Source: Ascidiella aspersa
Lineage: Eukaryota
Reading direction: 5' to 3'
Length of the DNA stretch: 64,000 nt
NCBI GenBank assembly: GCA_963924565.1
Contig: CAWUQB010000044.1
Span: 1 to 64,000, forward strand
Each line of letters opens with the position of its first letter. Position 1 is the first letter of the stretch. Below, piece after piece: positions 54,985-64,000 of the stretch. The notes below the pieces were generated by a model, which saw only the letters and a program-made list of their open reading frames with translations, was not told the origin of the DNA and searched no databases. Made by a program: the position numbers and the translations under genes.

Positions 54985-55626
54985 ATGTCAGCCACAACCC
55001 ACTTTATCAGAGAAACATTTCCCGTCGGTCCTTTACAATGTAACTGCACCATTATTGGTAACCTCTTAACCGGTAAAGCCATTATTATTGATCCAGGTGG
55101 TGACCCAGACATCATTATGGCAAAACTGCAAACTTTGCAACTAACAGCCATAGCACTTATCCACACCCATGCTCACCTTGACCATTTTCTAGCCAGTGGC
55201 GAGATCAAAAAACAAACGGGTGCGCCTATACATCTTCACAAAGAAGATAAATTTCTCTGGGATAACCTTGAGCTTCAGTGCAAAATGTTCGGCGTTCCCT
55301 ATAATCCAGTGCCGGCACCGGACTTCTGGTTACAGGATGACCAAGCATTACCCTGTAATCAAGGTGTTTGTATGCATACGCCTGGGCATTCACCCGGCTC
55401 CATGTCATTCTGGTTTGAGCAGGAAAAACTGCTCATTGCTGGCGATACCCTGTTCCGCAGAGCTATTGGCAGAACAGACTTATGGGGCGGCGATTTTAAA
55501 ACCATTGAACAGTCTATTCGCCAACGCTTGTATGTATTAGACGAAGAAGCCATTGTTGTCACAGGGCATGGACCCGACACAACAATCGGCGAGGAAATTC
55601 GCGAGAACTGCATCATTCGTGGTTAG
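54985..55626 (+). CDS. Metallo-beta-lactamase-fold hydrolase (glyoxalase II/GloC-like)
   Basis: THAHLDH, TPGHSPG, GDTLF...GRTDL, GHG. Confidence 0.92.
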   Translation: MSATTHFIRETFPVGPLQCNCTIIGNLLTGKAIIIDPGGDPDIIMAKLQTLQLTAIALIHTHAHLDHFLASGEIKKQTGAPIHLHKEDKFLWDNLELQCKMFGVPYNPVPAPDFWLQDDQALPCNQGVCMHTPGHSPGSMSFWFEQEKLLIAGDTLFRRAIGRTDLWGGDFKTIEQSIRQRLYVLDEEAIVVTGHGPDTTIGEEIRENCIIRG

Positions 55627-55643
55627 TCTATGGGAGAAGCAAG

Positions 55644-56300
55644 ATGATATTTGCAAAAAAGACAGCTGCACTGGCTGTGGCAGCGCTACTGATCACAGGC
55701 TGTCAAACAACAAATCCTTACACCGGAGAGCAAGAAGCCAATAAAACCAGTAAGTATGGCGGTGTTGGCGCTCTGGCGGGTGCAGTCATTGGTGGTCTGG
55801 TTGATGGTGGAGATGGAGCCCTGAAAGGCGCAGCCCTTGGTGCAGCCGCCGGTGGTGGCTATGGCTACTATGTAGACAAGCAAGAATCACAATTAAGAGC
55901 TGCGCTGCAAAACACCGGTGTACAAGTTAAACGACAGGGTAACAGCCTGCAGTTGATTATGCCTTCCAAGATCACTTTTGATACCAGCAAGGCGACTATC
56001 AAACCTGACTTTAAACCTGTACTGGGCTCAGTAGCCAAAGTATTCAAGGAGTTTGATAAAAATATCATTGAAATCGTTGGCTATACCGACAGCTCAGGTG
56101 GCGACAAGATTAATATCCCATTATCACGAGACAGGGCAAACAATGTTGCGATCTATTTACAACAGTTAGGTATTCCTGGCAATCGCATGACTGCATTTGG
56201 CAGAGGCTCCGCCGACCCCATTGCCAGTAACTCTACCTCTACAGGAAAAGCGGCTAACCGCAGGGTTGAAATAAACCTGTTACCGCCTGCCAACGCCTAA
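55644..56300 (+). CDS. OmpA-family lipoprotein (YiaD-like)
   Basis: Lipobox ITGC, glycine zipper, LSRDRA and NRRVEI motifs. Confidence 0.92.
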   Translation: MIFAKKTAALAVAALLITGCQTTNPYTGEQEANKTSKYGGVGALAGAVIGGLVDGGDGALKGAALGAAAGGGYGYYVDKQESQLRAALQNTGVQVKRQGNSLQLIMPSKITFDTSKATIKPDFKPVLGSVAKVFKEFDKNIIEIVGYTDSSGGDKINIPLSRDRANNVAIYLQQLGIPGNRMTAFGRGSADPIASNSTSTGKAANRRVEINLLPPANA

Positions 56301-56310
56301 ACTATTCCCA

Positions 56311-56335
56311 AAAGGCCGGTTTCATATCGGCCTTT
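56311..56335. terminator. Terminator-like hairpin between convergent genes
   Basis: AAAGGCCGGT-ttcat-ATCGGCCTTT. Confidence 0.65.
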
Positions 56336-56368
56336 GGGTGTCATAAGCAAGCTTCTGCAAAAGAGTAT

Positions 56369-56659
56369 TTAGCTCACAATAACGTCTAATGCTGATTCTC
56401 TGTCGATAGAATATGAGGTTTGTTCTAACTGCGATGTAGGACAGGGGGCAGTTCCCAGTGAGCAAAAAATACAGCAGTCACCGCTTTCAGGTGTCATCAG
56501 TTTTTGACATTTTTTACATTCGTACAAGTTCATGCAGGCATCCAATGGCATGGTCTCCACAGCACTGTGCCCGCACCCAGTGCATTTAACGACCGACCTT
56601 GTTTTAAGTTTTTTTATCATCCGCATTCTCCATACATAATCCGTGCATTCCATATGCAC
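56369..56659 (-). CDS. GDCCVxC-domain small Cys-rich protein (start uncertain)
   Basis: CTGCGH..ETMP.DAC...YECKKC...GDCCIFCS.G..PCP. Confidence 0.8.
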   Translation of the reverse strand: MHMECTDYVWRMRMIKKLKTRSVVKCTGCGHSAVETMPLDACMNLYECKKCQKLMTPESGDCCIFCSLGTAPCPTSQLEQTSYSIDRESALDVIVS

Positions 56660-56710
56660 ATGAAATAATGATATCCACCACGAGATAAAAAATCTTAATT
56701 TTATTGGAAC

Positions 56711-56826
56711 CTTGTACAGGCACTTTGCTGCGTTACAGCGCCGGTCACATAGCGACGGCTATGCGTCCTCTGCTGCACCTTGCATAGCACCTGCCCAAGA
56801 AGCCAGAAATATTCGACTCCATATAG
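56711..56826 (-). mobile_element. Degenerate MITE-A core
   Basis: CAGGCACT...CATAGCGACGGCTATGCG...GCATAGCACCTG. Confidence 0.7.
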
Positions 56827-56846
56827 CCGGCTTTTTTTCTTGCTGT

Positions 56847-58955
56847 TTATGATGACATTTTATCAGATTCAGCCTGAATAGCGGTCAAGGCAATGGTGTA
56901 AACAATATCATCCACCAACGCACCACGAGACAGATCATTTACAGGCTTGTTGAGACCTTGCAGCATTGGACCCACACTGATGACATCAGCACTGCGCTGT
57001 ACCGCTTTATAGGTTGTATTACCCGTGTTCAGATCAGGGAAGATAAATACAGTCGCTCGACCGGCAACATCACTGCCCGGTGCTTTACTTCTGGCAACAG
57101 ACTCTACAGACGCAGCGTCGTATTGCAGAGGGCCATCAATCACCAAGTCAGGACGCAACTCTTTTACAATACGCGTCGCTTCACGGACTTCATCCACATC
57201 GGCACCCTGACCCGAAGCACCGGTGCTATAGCTAATCATAGCCACGCGCGGTTCAATACCAAAAGCAACCGCAGAGTCTGCACTCTGGATAGCGATATTA
57301 GCCAGCTGCTCTGCACTAGGGTTAGGGTTAACTGCGCAGTCTCCGTACACCAGAACCTGCTCGGGCAACAGCATAAAGAAGATTGAAGAAACCAGACCAC
57401 CGGCATCACGTTTCGGTTTAATCAGCTGGAATGCCGGACGAATGGTGTTAGCCGTTGTGTGTACTGCACCGGATACCAGACCATCGACTTCATTCATAGC
57501 CAGCATCATAGTACCAAGAACAACAGTGTCTTCCAGTTGAGCTTCTGCCATTGGCGCATTCAGCCCTTTATGCTTCCGCAATTCAACCATTGGCTCAACA
57601 TAGCGACCACGCACACTCTCAGGTTCCATAATCATCAAGCCTTCTGGCAGAGTGATACCTGTATCACGGGCAACCTGTTCGATCACATCTTTTTTACCCA
57701 ACAGGATACATTGTGCAATACCACGCTCCTGACAGATTGCAGCCGCCTGGATAGTGCGGGGCTCATCGCCTTCAGGCAGTACAACACGCTTCTTAGCGGC
57801 AACAGCACGCTGAACAAGATTGTAACGGAATGCCGGTGGTGACAGGCGACGCTCAGAAAGCCCTTCACAGTAATTCTTAAACCACTCTGTGCTGAGGTTC
57901 TCTGCCACCGTGTTCATCACATTTTCAACACGCTCATGGTCATCCACTGGCAGTTCATTGCTCATACGGTCAAGCTGAGTCGCAGTGTTATAGGAGTCAC
58001 TACCGGTCAACAGGACAGGCAGACCACTCGCAATGGCTTTGCTACACAGCTCCATCACAGAGGCAGCTGGTTTGATACCACTGGTCAACAGAAGACCCGC
58101 CAGTGGCACACCATTCAGGGCAGCCATACAGGTCGCCAGAACAATATCGTCTCTGTCGCCGGGGGTAATAACCAAGTTTCCCGGTTTCAGGTGATGAACC
58201 ATATTGGCAGGTGTACGGGCACTCAGGGTATAAGACGTCACTCGACGACTATTAATTTCCCCCTGATTAATGGTTTCACAGTCAAGGTAGTTGGCAATAT
58301 CCAACGTCCGTGGTGAAGACAGAGAACTTTCCCATGGAATGCAGCCCAAAGGTTCAAAGGACTTATGAGAGAATTCGGGTAAATTGGCAAACTGACCCAC
58401 CTCTTTTGTCAGCTGACCCCTATTTTCAGCGTTCAGCTTATTCAGAATATAGCCGATGATTTTAGGGTTTTTTATTCCACCAAAGCTGTCCGCTGCAATC
58501 TCCAATTTATCCGCCACATCTGCTAAATTGTCATCTCCAGCTTCGGAAACCAAAATGACATCTGCATTAATTGATGTGGCAATATCACTGTTCAAACGAT
58601 TGGCATAAGGCATGTTACGGCTGGGAACAAGCCCTTCAACCACAATCACTTCAGCATCAGTGGATGCTTTGTTAAACTGGGCAACAATTTCTTCCAGCAG
58701 AACATCGCCCTTATTATCACCCAGCAGGCCTTCAACGCGGTGAGCAGACATCGGTGTCGGCGGCTCATGGTTCATAATACGCTGAACCAATTTGGTTGAA
58801 CGCTCAGGTCCATTATTATTGCCCGCAGTCAGCTGAGCAATAGGCTTGAAGAATTTGACACGAAGCCCGAGGTTGTCAAGAGCCCTCACCAGCCCCAGAG
58901 AAACAGAAGTAAGACCCACCCCATAGCGGGTTGGAGCCAGGAAAAATGTGCGCAT
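56847..58955 (-). CDS. pta: Phosphate acetyltransferase (long form with DRTGG domain)
   Basis: GVGLTSVSLG, TPGDRDD, VLPEGDEPRT, DCAVNP, DGPLQYDAA, PVNDLSRG; true start MRTFF. Confidence 0.98.
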   Translation of the reverse strand: MRTFFLAPTRYGVGLTSVSLGLVRALDNLGLRVKFFKPIAQLTAGNNNGPERSTKLVQRIMNHEPPTPMSAHRVEGLLGDNKGDVLLEEIVAQFNKASTDAEVIVVEGLVPSRNMPYANRLNSDIATSINADVILVSEAGDDNLADVADKLEIAADSFGGIKNPKIIGYILNKLNAENRGQLTKEVGQFANLPEFSHKSFEPLGCIPWESSLSSPRTLDIANYLDCETINQGEINSRRVTSYTLSARTPANMVHHLKPGNLVITPGDRDDIVLATCMAALNGVPLAGLLLTSGIKPAASVMELCSKAIASGLPVLLTGSDSYNTATQLDRMSNELPVDDHERVENVMNTVAENLSTEWFKNYCEGLSERRLSPPAFRYNLVQRAVAAKKRVVLPEGDEPRTIQAAAICQERGIAQCILLGKKDVIEQVARDTGITLPEGLMIMEPESVRGRYVEPMVELRKHKGLNAPMAEAQLEDTVVLGTMMLAMNEVDGLVSGAVHTTANTIRPAFQLIKPKRDAGGLVSSIFFMLLPEQVLVYGDCAVNPNPSAEQLANIAIQSADSAVAFGIEPRVAMISYSTGASGQGADVDEVREATRIVKELRPDLVIDGPLQYDAASVESVARSKAPGSDVAGRATVFIFPDLNTGNTTYKAVQRSADVISVGPMLQGLNKPVNDLSRGALVDDIVYTIALTAIQAESDKMSS

Positions 58956-58994
58956 AAAACTGGATTCCTGAAAATATCCGAATGTAATACAGTG

Positions 58995-59157
58995 TAAGTA
59001 GCTAACCACATGAAATCGAATATTCTGACTTCTTGCTCAGGCACTCTACTTCGTTACAGCTCCGGTAACATAGCTACGGCTATGCGCCCTACACTGTGCC
59101 TTGCATAGCACCTGATCAAAAAGCCAGACTATTCGATTCCATATGATCAACTACTTA
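58995..59157 (-). mobile_element. MITE-A copy in the ackA-pta spacer
   Basis: TAAGTAGCTAACC...GATCAACTACTTA. Confidence 0.92.
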
Positions 59158-59167
59158 GCCAACTGAA

Positions 59168-59193
59168 AACAGGAGGCCGAAGCCTCCTGCTTT
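59168..59193 (-). terminator. Hairpin after ackA
   Basis: CAGGAGGC-cgaa-GCCTCCTG (TTCG loop on the - strand) followed by TTTT on the - strand. Confidence 0.65.
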
Positions 59194-59214
59194 AAACATC
59201 AAGCGGGGACTAAA

Positions 59215-60402
59215 TTAAGCAACGAGTCCGTGAGTATCACGGGCAATCATCAGCTCTTCATTAGTTGTAACCACCATAGCTACAGGGCTACCTTCTTTAG
59301 TGATGACACCGTTCTTACCACGGAAAGTGGCCTCATTAACGTCTTCAGCGACTTCAAAGCCGAAGATAGAGAGACGGTTCAGTACATTCTTACGAATAGT
59401 GCTGGAGTTTTCACCGATACCACCAGTGAATACCAGTGCATCAATGCGACCCATTTCAGCAGCAAAGCCTGCCAGCTTCTTGGCCAGTACATTGCAGAAC
59501 ACGTCGAGAGTCAGCTGAGCACGTTCATTGCCTTCAGCCGCAGCCTCTTCAATAACACGGCAGTCGTTGTCCATTTCAGACAGACCCAACAAGCCACTTT
59601 TTTTGTTCAGAATGTCAGTAATTTCATCCAGACTATAGCCGCACTGTTTGTTCAGGAAGCTGAAGACGTTAGGATCGATATCGCCAGAACGAGTACCCAT
59701 CACCAGACCTTCCAGTGGTGTCAGACCCATAGTGGTATCAATAGACTTGCCATCTTTAACCGCACAAGCACTGGCCCCGTTACCCAGATGAGCAACCAGA
59801 ATAGCGCTATTTTCGTAATCCAGATCCAGCATATCAGCCGCTGCTTTGCTGACAAACCGGTAGCTGGTGCCATGCATGCCGTAACGACGCAGGCCATGCT
59901 CACGGTACAGGCTGTGAGGCACTGCGTACAGATAGCTTTCTGCTGGCATGGTCTGGTGGAATGCTGTGTCAAATACTGCAGACTGTCGCAGACCCGGGAA
60001 GAATTTCATTGCTGCACGGATACCTTTCACGTGTGCAGGGTTGTGCAAAGGCGCCAGATGGCCGCAGTCTTCAATGCCTTTCAGCACTTCATCAGTAATC
60101 AAGGTAGACTGAGTGAATTTTTCACCGCCGTGCACCACACGGTGACCGACCGCTTCGATACGATCCATCAGGTGCTGATCACGCAGCAGACCGACCAGTG
60201 CTTCGATCGCTGCATCATGCGCAGCCTGACCTAGCGTCTGGGTCTTCTTCTCACCGTTGACTTTCCAAGTGATACTGGCTTCAGTGCTACCCAGACGTTC
60301 AGCCAGGCCGTTAATGCTTTCTTCTTCAGTCTTTGGGTTGATCACGGAGAACTTCAGAGAAGAACTGCCACAGTTGATCACCAGAATGCTGTCTTTGCTC
60401 AT
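59215..60402 (-). CDS. ackA: Acetate kinase
   Basis: LVINCGSSSLK, GHRVVHGG, LAPLHN, HLGNGAS, FTGGIGEN, TNEELMIA. Confidence 0.99.
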   Translation of the reverse strand: MSKDSILVINCGSSSLKFSVINPKTEEESINGLAERLGSTEASITWKVNGEKKTQTLGQAAHDAAIEALVGLLRDQHLMDRIEAVGHRVVHGGEKFTQSTLITDEVLKGIEDCGHLAPLHNPAHVKGIRAAMKFFPGLRQSAVFDTAFHQTMPAESYLYAVPHSLYREHGLRRYGMHGTSYRFVSKAAADMLDLDYENSAILVAHLGNGASACAVKDGKSIDTTMGLTPLEGLVMGTRSGDIDPNVFSFLNKQCGYSLDEITDILNKKSGLLGLSEMDNDCRVIEEAAAEGNERAQLTLDVFCNVLAKKLAGFAAEMGRIDALVFTGGIGENSSTIRKNVLNRLSIFGFEVAEDVNEATFRGKNGVITKEGSPVAMVVTTNEELMIARDTHGLVA

Positions 60403-60693
60403 AGATCTATACCAATGGTTTGCTTTAAGGCGGAAATAGCCAGCCGGCTTGCCCTTATAATGACAACTCACGGTAAAACGCCCGTCAGCATTATAAAAAA
60501 GGGATCAGGCAGCTCGCATCAACCCGCCTAGTGATGGTAGTCTATCCTGAATACTCAGGCCTATTTACAGGCTTCACTATTTAATACCTTGGGCTCGGAA
60601 AATGCCATAAAACCTCTACGCGCTACATATAGCTGGTAATGCTTAACAAACGGCTTCACCGGACAAATATCCGCTGTCACCTTTGCTGCTCTA

Positions 60694-60856
60694 TAAGTAG
60701 CTGAGCATATGGAATCGAATAGTCTGGCTCCTTGATCAGGTGCTACGCAAGGCGCAGCGTAGGGCGCATAGCCCTAGCTATGTTACCGGCGCTGTCACGA
60801 AGCAGAGTGCCTGAGTAAGGCGTTAGACTGTTCGATTTCATGTGGTTAGCGACTTA
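60694..60856 (+). mobile_element. MITE-A copy, divergent
   Basis: TAAGTAGCTGAGCAT...GTTAGCGACTTA. Confidence 0.85.
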
Positions 60857-60872
60857 TAAGCAGACTTTTTTT

Positions 60873-61295
60873 TCAAAAAGGTCTGACAACAGCCAGCACG
60901 ACAATTCCAATCAGTAATATGACAGGTATCTCATTAAACCCGCGATAAAAACGGTGAGACTTGTGATTACTATCCTTCGCAAATCCCTTCATATAGTAAC
61001 CACACAAATGATGGTATACTACCAGCAGAGCAATCAAGGTGAGTTTTGCATGCATCCACCCGCCCATCATATAACCCGATAAGTTATAGCTTAACAACCA
61101 AGTGCCAAACACCAGGGTGGCTACCATCGAAGGTGTTGCTATACCCCAGAACAGTTTCCTCTCCATGATTTTAAAACGCTCAACACTTGCCGAGTCTGAA
61201 GACATGGCGTGGTAAACAAACAACCGAGGCAAATAAAATAACGCGGCAAACCAGCACACCATAGCAATCAGATGAAAAGCTTTAACCCAAAGCAT
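60873..61295 (-). CDS. hemJ: Protoporphyrinogen IX oxidase HemJ
   Basis: KAFHLIA..WFAALFYLPRLFVYH, MERKL, WMHAKL, FNEIP, VVRPF. Confidence 0.95.
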   Translation of the reverse strand: MLWVKAFHLIAMVCWFAALFYLPRLFVYHAMSSDSASVERFKIMERKLFWGIATPSMVATLVFGTWLLSYNLSGYMMGGWMHAKLTLIALLVVYHHLCGYYMKGFAKDSNHKSHRFYRGFNEIPVILLIGIVVLAVVRPF

Positions 61296-61360
61296 AAATT
61301 TCCCTGTATTTTTTTATATCATTATCAACAAAACCTTGTCGTTTATAATATAAAAAACAG

Positions 61361-62698
61361 CTCTGTACACGACAATTTTTCACGAAGCCTTGTCCCATCT
61401 AGGCTGGAAGAAAAGAGTTAACACTACAGCCAGCTCTTCAATCCATAGGTCAAGGCTTCCCAGCATCCTTTGTAGCCGATCTAATCCCGCTCGAAAAAGC
61501 GTCTGAGCTCTTCTACCGTGAGTTTTAACCTTGATGGGATTCTCTTCATTAATATACTCGCCCGTTTTGTAGCACCAGCAAAACGCTAATGCCAATATAG
61601 CCAGCAGCTTTGGCAGCTTCTTGCGGTCTTTGAGGTGTGTTTCTTCCATGTTAAAACCACGCCCTTTCAAGGCTTGAAACATTGGCTCTAAGTAGTTGAT
61701 CATATGGAATCGAATATTCTGGCCTTTTGATCAGGTGCTATGCAAGGCACAGTGTAGGGCGCATAGCCGTAGCTATGTTACCGGAGCTGTAACGAAGTAG
61801 AGTGCCTGAGCAAGAAGTCAGAATATTCGATTTCATGTGGTTAGCTACTTATCTGCCACCGCTGAAGATACTCTTCAATAGCCGTTGCAGGTTCGGCGTT
61901 ACAAATAACCACCATAATTTCATCACCCGCTTTTGCAGCAGCAAGGTAAACCGTTTGCCCCCAGACTTTTCTGGGTTTCTGTATCGCCATTTTTTCGCCA
62001 ACGGCAAGAGAAAAAATTCTCCGGACAGGCAATAGTCTGTTCCGGTGCTTGTTAGGTACCTGCGTGTTGTTGGCGACCCTCAAACAAAATGGCCAGTTAT
62101 GTTGGACAAGATATTTTAGCCACTCTTTTCCTTTGAACTCCCTGTCGGCAAGTAAGCGCTTCACTGGCTGTTCTGGGAAAATCTTTTGGAACGTCTTCAT
62201 AAGGTCGATGCGTTCTGTCGTATTTGAGTTGCCTTTTTTGTCAAGTAGAACCCAGAGTACTGGAATAGCCATCCCCTTATAGTTAATGGCAAGGTATAGA
62301 ATGTTGATCTTGAAGATGCCAAACATCCAGTTTGTGCGATCCATGCTCAGCGTCCACGCTTCTGGCGGTGCAAATAGATGAGCGATGAGAAAGGCTATAG
62401 TATTCTGGTCAAAGGGTACTTCCCGAAAGAACCGCTGAACCCTCCGATAGCATGAAGTACTTTGGGTAGTTGTCGGGAAGGTATTGATTAACTCTGTCCA
62501 ATTCACAGTGCGTTGCTTGACGATAGCAATGATAAGCATTGCCAATAGATCAAGTCGAGGTTTGTTCCATTTGAGAAATGGCTTAAACTGTTGTTCGAGT
62601 GAGCTCGACTGGGTTCATAGCATTCTGAAATGATTGTTGTGTCACTACATTTCATAGCTTAGATTTGGTTAGCTCGCTTTTTTTTGTCGTGTACAGAG
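61361..62698 (-). mobile_element. ISAba1-like IS4 element interrupted by MITE-A; no target duplication
   Basis: Both TIRs present; flanks differ, consistent with a recombination or deletion junction. Confidence 0.92.
61689..61851 (+). mobile_element. MITE-A copy inside the ISAba1-like transposase
   Basis: Empty site CTCTATCTG at ~25232 shows a TA duplication. Confidence 0.93.
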
Positions 62699-62830
62699 TC
62701 CGATCCCACTGGTGGTCTGTGAGTATTGTGCGAGCCATAGGACACCAAAATTACCAATTCTAGTTCACTCTCAACTTTTCTTCTGGTCAGACATTAACAC
62801 TCTTAGTGGTCGGTTAGATGATTATGCCCC
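62699..62830 (-). pseudogene. IS5-family left-end stub
   Basis: Reverse strand GGGGCATAATC... then ATG for MARTILTDHQWDR, typical of IS427/IS1031-group N-termini. Confidence 0.6.
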
Positions 62831-62861
62831 TAGGCCCTTCGGGCAACTTTTTGTCCCGAGC

Positions 62862-64000
62862 TTATTGAGAGGTTTTGTGTTGTTTCTGATGTTTTTTTAA
62901 TAGGCTCTTCATTGTAAACCGCTTATCGCAACCCTCAATACCGCACAGGGTGCCGCCCACGCCATGCACCTGCGCCTGATGGGATGCCTTCTTGGATTTA
63001 TGCGTGAAACGCTGCTGGCACTCGCCTATCCCGCATAGCTCACCGCCCACGCCATGCACCTCCGCCTGATGGGATGCCTTCTGGGATTTCTTCGTGAAAC
63101 GCTGTTGGCACTCGCCTATCCCGCATAGCTCACCGCCCACGCCATGCACCTCCGCCTGATGGGATGCCTTCTGGGATTTCTGCGTGAAACGCTGCGGGCA
63201 CTCGCCTATCCCGCATAGCTCACCGCCCACGCCATGCGCCTGCGCCTGATGAGATGCCTTCTGGGATTTATGCCTGAAACGCTGCGGGCACTCGCCTATC
63301 CCGCATAGCTCACCGCCCACGCCATGCATCTCCGCCTGATGGCATGCCTTCTTGGATTTATGCGTGAAACGCTTCTGGCACTCGCCTATCCCGCATAGCT
63401 CACCGCCCACGCCATGCATCTGCGCCTGATGGGATGCCAGATTGGATTTCTTCGTGAAACGCTTCTGGCACTCGCCTATCCCGCATAGCTCACCGCCCAC
63501 GCCATGCACCTCCGCCTGATGGGATGCCAGATTGGATTTATTCGTGAAACGCTGCGGGCACTCGCCTATCCCGCATAGCTCACCGCCCACGCCATGCACC
63601 TCCGCCTGATGGCATGCCTTCCGGGATTTATCCGTGAAACGCTGCGGGCACTCGCCTATCCCGCATAGCTCACCGCCCACGCCATGCACCTCCGCCTGAT
63701 GGGATGCCAGATTGGATTTCTGCGTGAAACGCTTCTGGCACTCGCCTATCCCGCATAGCTCACCGCCCACGCCATGCACCTCCGCCTGGTGGGATGCCTT
63801 CTGGCCTTTATGCGTGAAACGCTGCTGGCACTCGCCTATCCCGCATAGCTCACCGCCCACGCCATGCACCTGCGCCTGATGGGATGACTTCTGGGATTTA
63901 CGCGCGAAACGCTGTGGGCACTCGCCTATCCCGCATAGCTCACCGCCCACGCCATGCACCTCCGCCTGATGGGATGCCTTCTGGGATTTATGCGTGAAAC
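62862..64000 (-). CDS. Poly-C2H2 zinc-finger protein, copy 4, 5' end outside window (>=12 core fingers plus terminal finger)
   Basis: Same 90-bp unit and the same C-terminal CGIEGCDKRF...HKTSQ. Confidence 0.9.
   Translation of the reverse strand, partial: FTHKSQKASHQAEVHGVGGELCGIGECPQRFARKSQKSSHQAQVHGVGGELCGIGECQQRFTHKGQKASHQAEVHGVGGELCGIGECQKRFTQKSNLASHQAEVHGVGGELCGIGECPQRFTDKSRKACHQAEVHGVGGELCGIGECPQRFTNKSNLASHQAEVHGVGGELCGIGECQKRFTKKSNLASHQAQMHGVGGELCGIGECQKRFTHKSKKACHQAEMHGVGGELCGIGECPQRFRHKSQKASHQAQAHGVGGELCGIGECPQRFTQKSQKASHQAEVHGVGGELCGIGECQQRFTKKSQKASHQAEVHGVGGELCGIGECQQRFTHKSKKASHQAQVHGVGGTLCGIEGCDKRFTMKSLLKKHQKQHKTSQ

Noticed and set aside
56369-56659. Selenoprotein call for the GDCCVxC protein
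   Set aside because: No in-frame TGA in the motif; all positions are Cys
59230-60234. 334-aa + strand ORF, and similar long antisense ORFs over infB, nusA and pta
   Set aside because: Antisense shadows of highly codon-biased housekeeping genes; no recognisable motifs

Overview
Gammaproteobacterial chromosome segment. Gene content and style suggest a host-associated Oceanospirillales/Endozoicomonadaceae-like organism (inference). Conserved core blocks (infB-nusA-rimP-tRNAfMet-tRNALeu-secG-tpiA, glmM-folP, erpA/bactofilin, pta-ackA-hemJ) are broken up by a heavy, nested IS load: IS701, ISAba1-like IS4, another IS4, IS30, IS630, IS1, IS66, IS5, ISNCY-like and IS91 fragments. There are also 15 copies of a ~163-bp TA-targeting MITE. 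An arcABC cluster sits between tpiA and glmM. The outstanding feature is a family of four paralogous genes (18261-20129, 30549-~32525, 39295-~41063, 62862->64000). Each encodes 13-15 tandem eukaryote-type C2H2 zinc fingers built from a near-perfect 90-bp repeat. Variation is concentrated at recognition-helix positions -1 and +3 (less at +6), and every paralog has a different finger order. In the three copies whose 5' end is visible, the array follows a signal-peptide-like segment, NLS-like basic clusters and an acidic Leu/Asp segment. These three genes sit between a terIS-like hairpin and the 5' part of an IS91-family rolling-circle transposase, inside a tandemly amplified unit that also carries mucin-like secreted proteins. 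This looks like a mobile, diversifying, TALE/PRDM9-like family of DNA-binding effectors. The function is inference.
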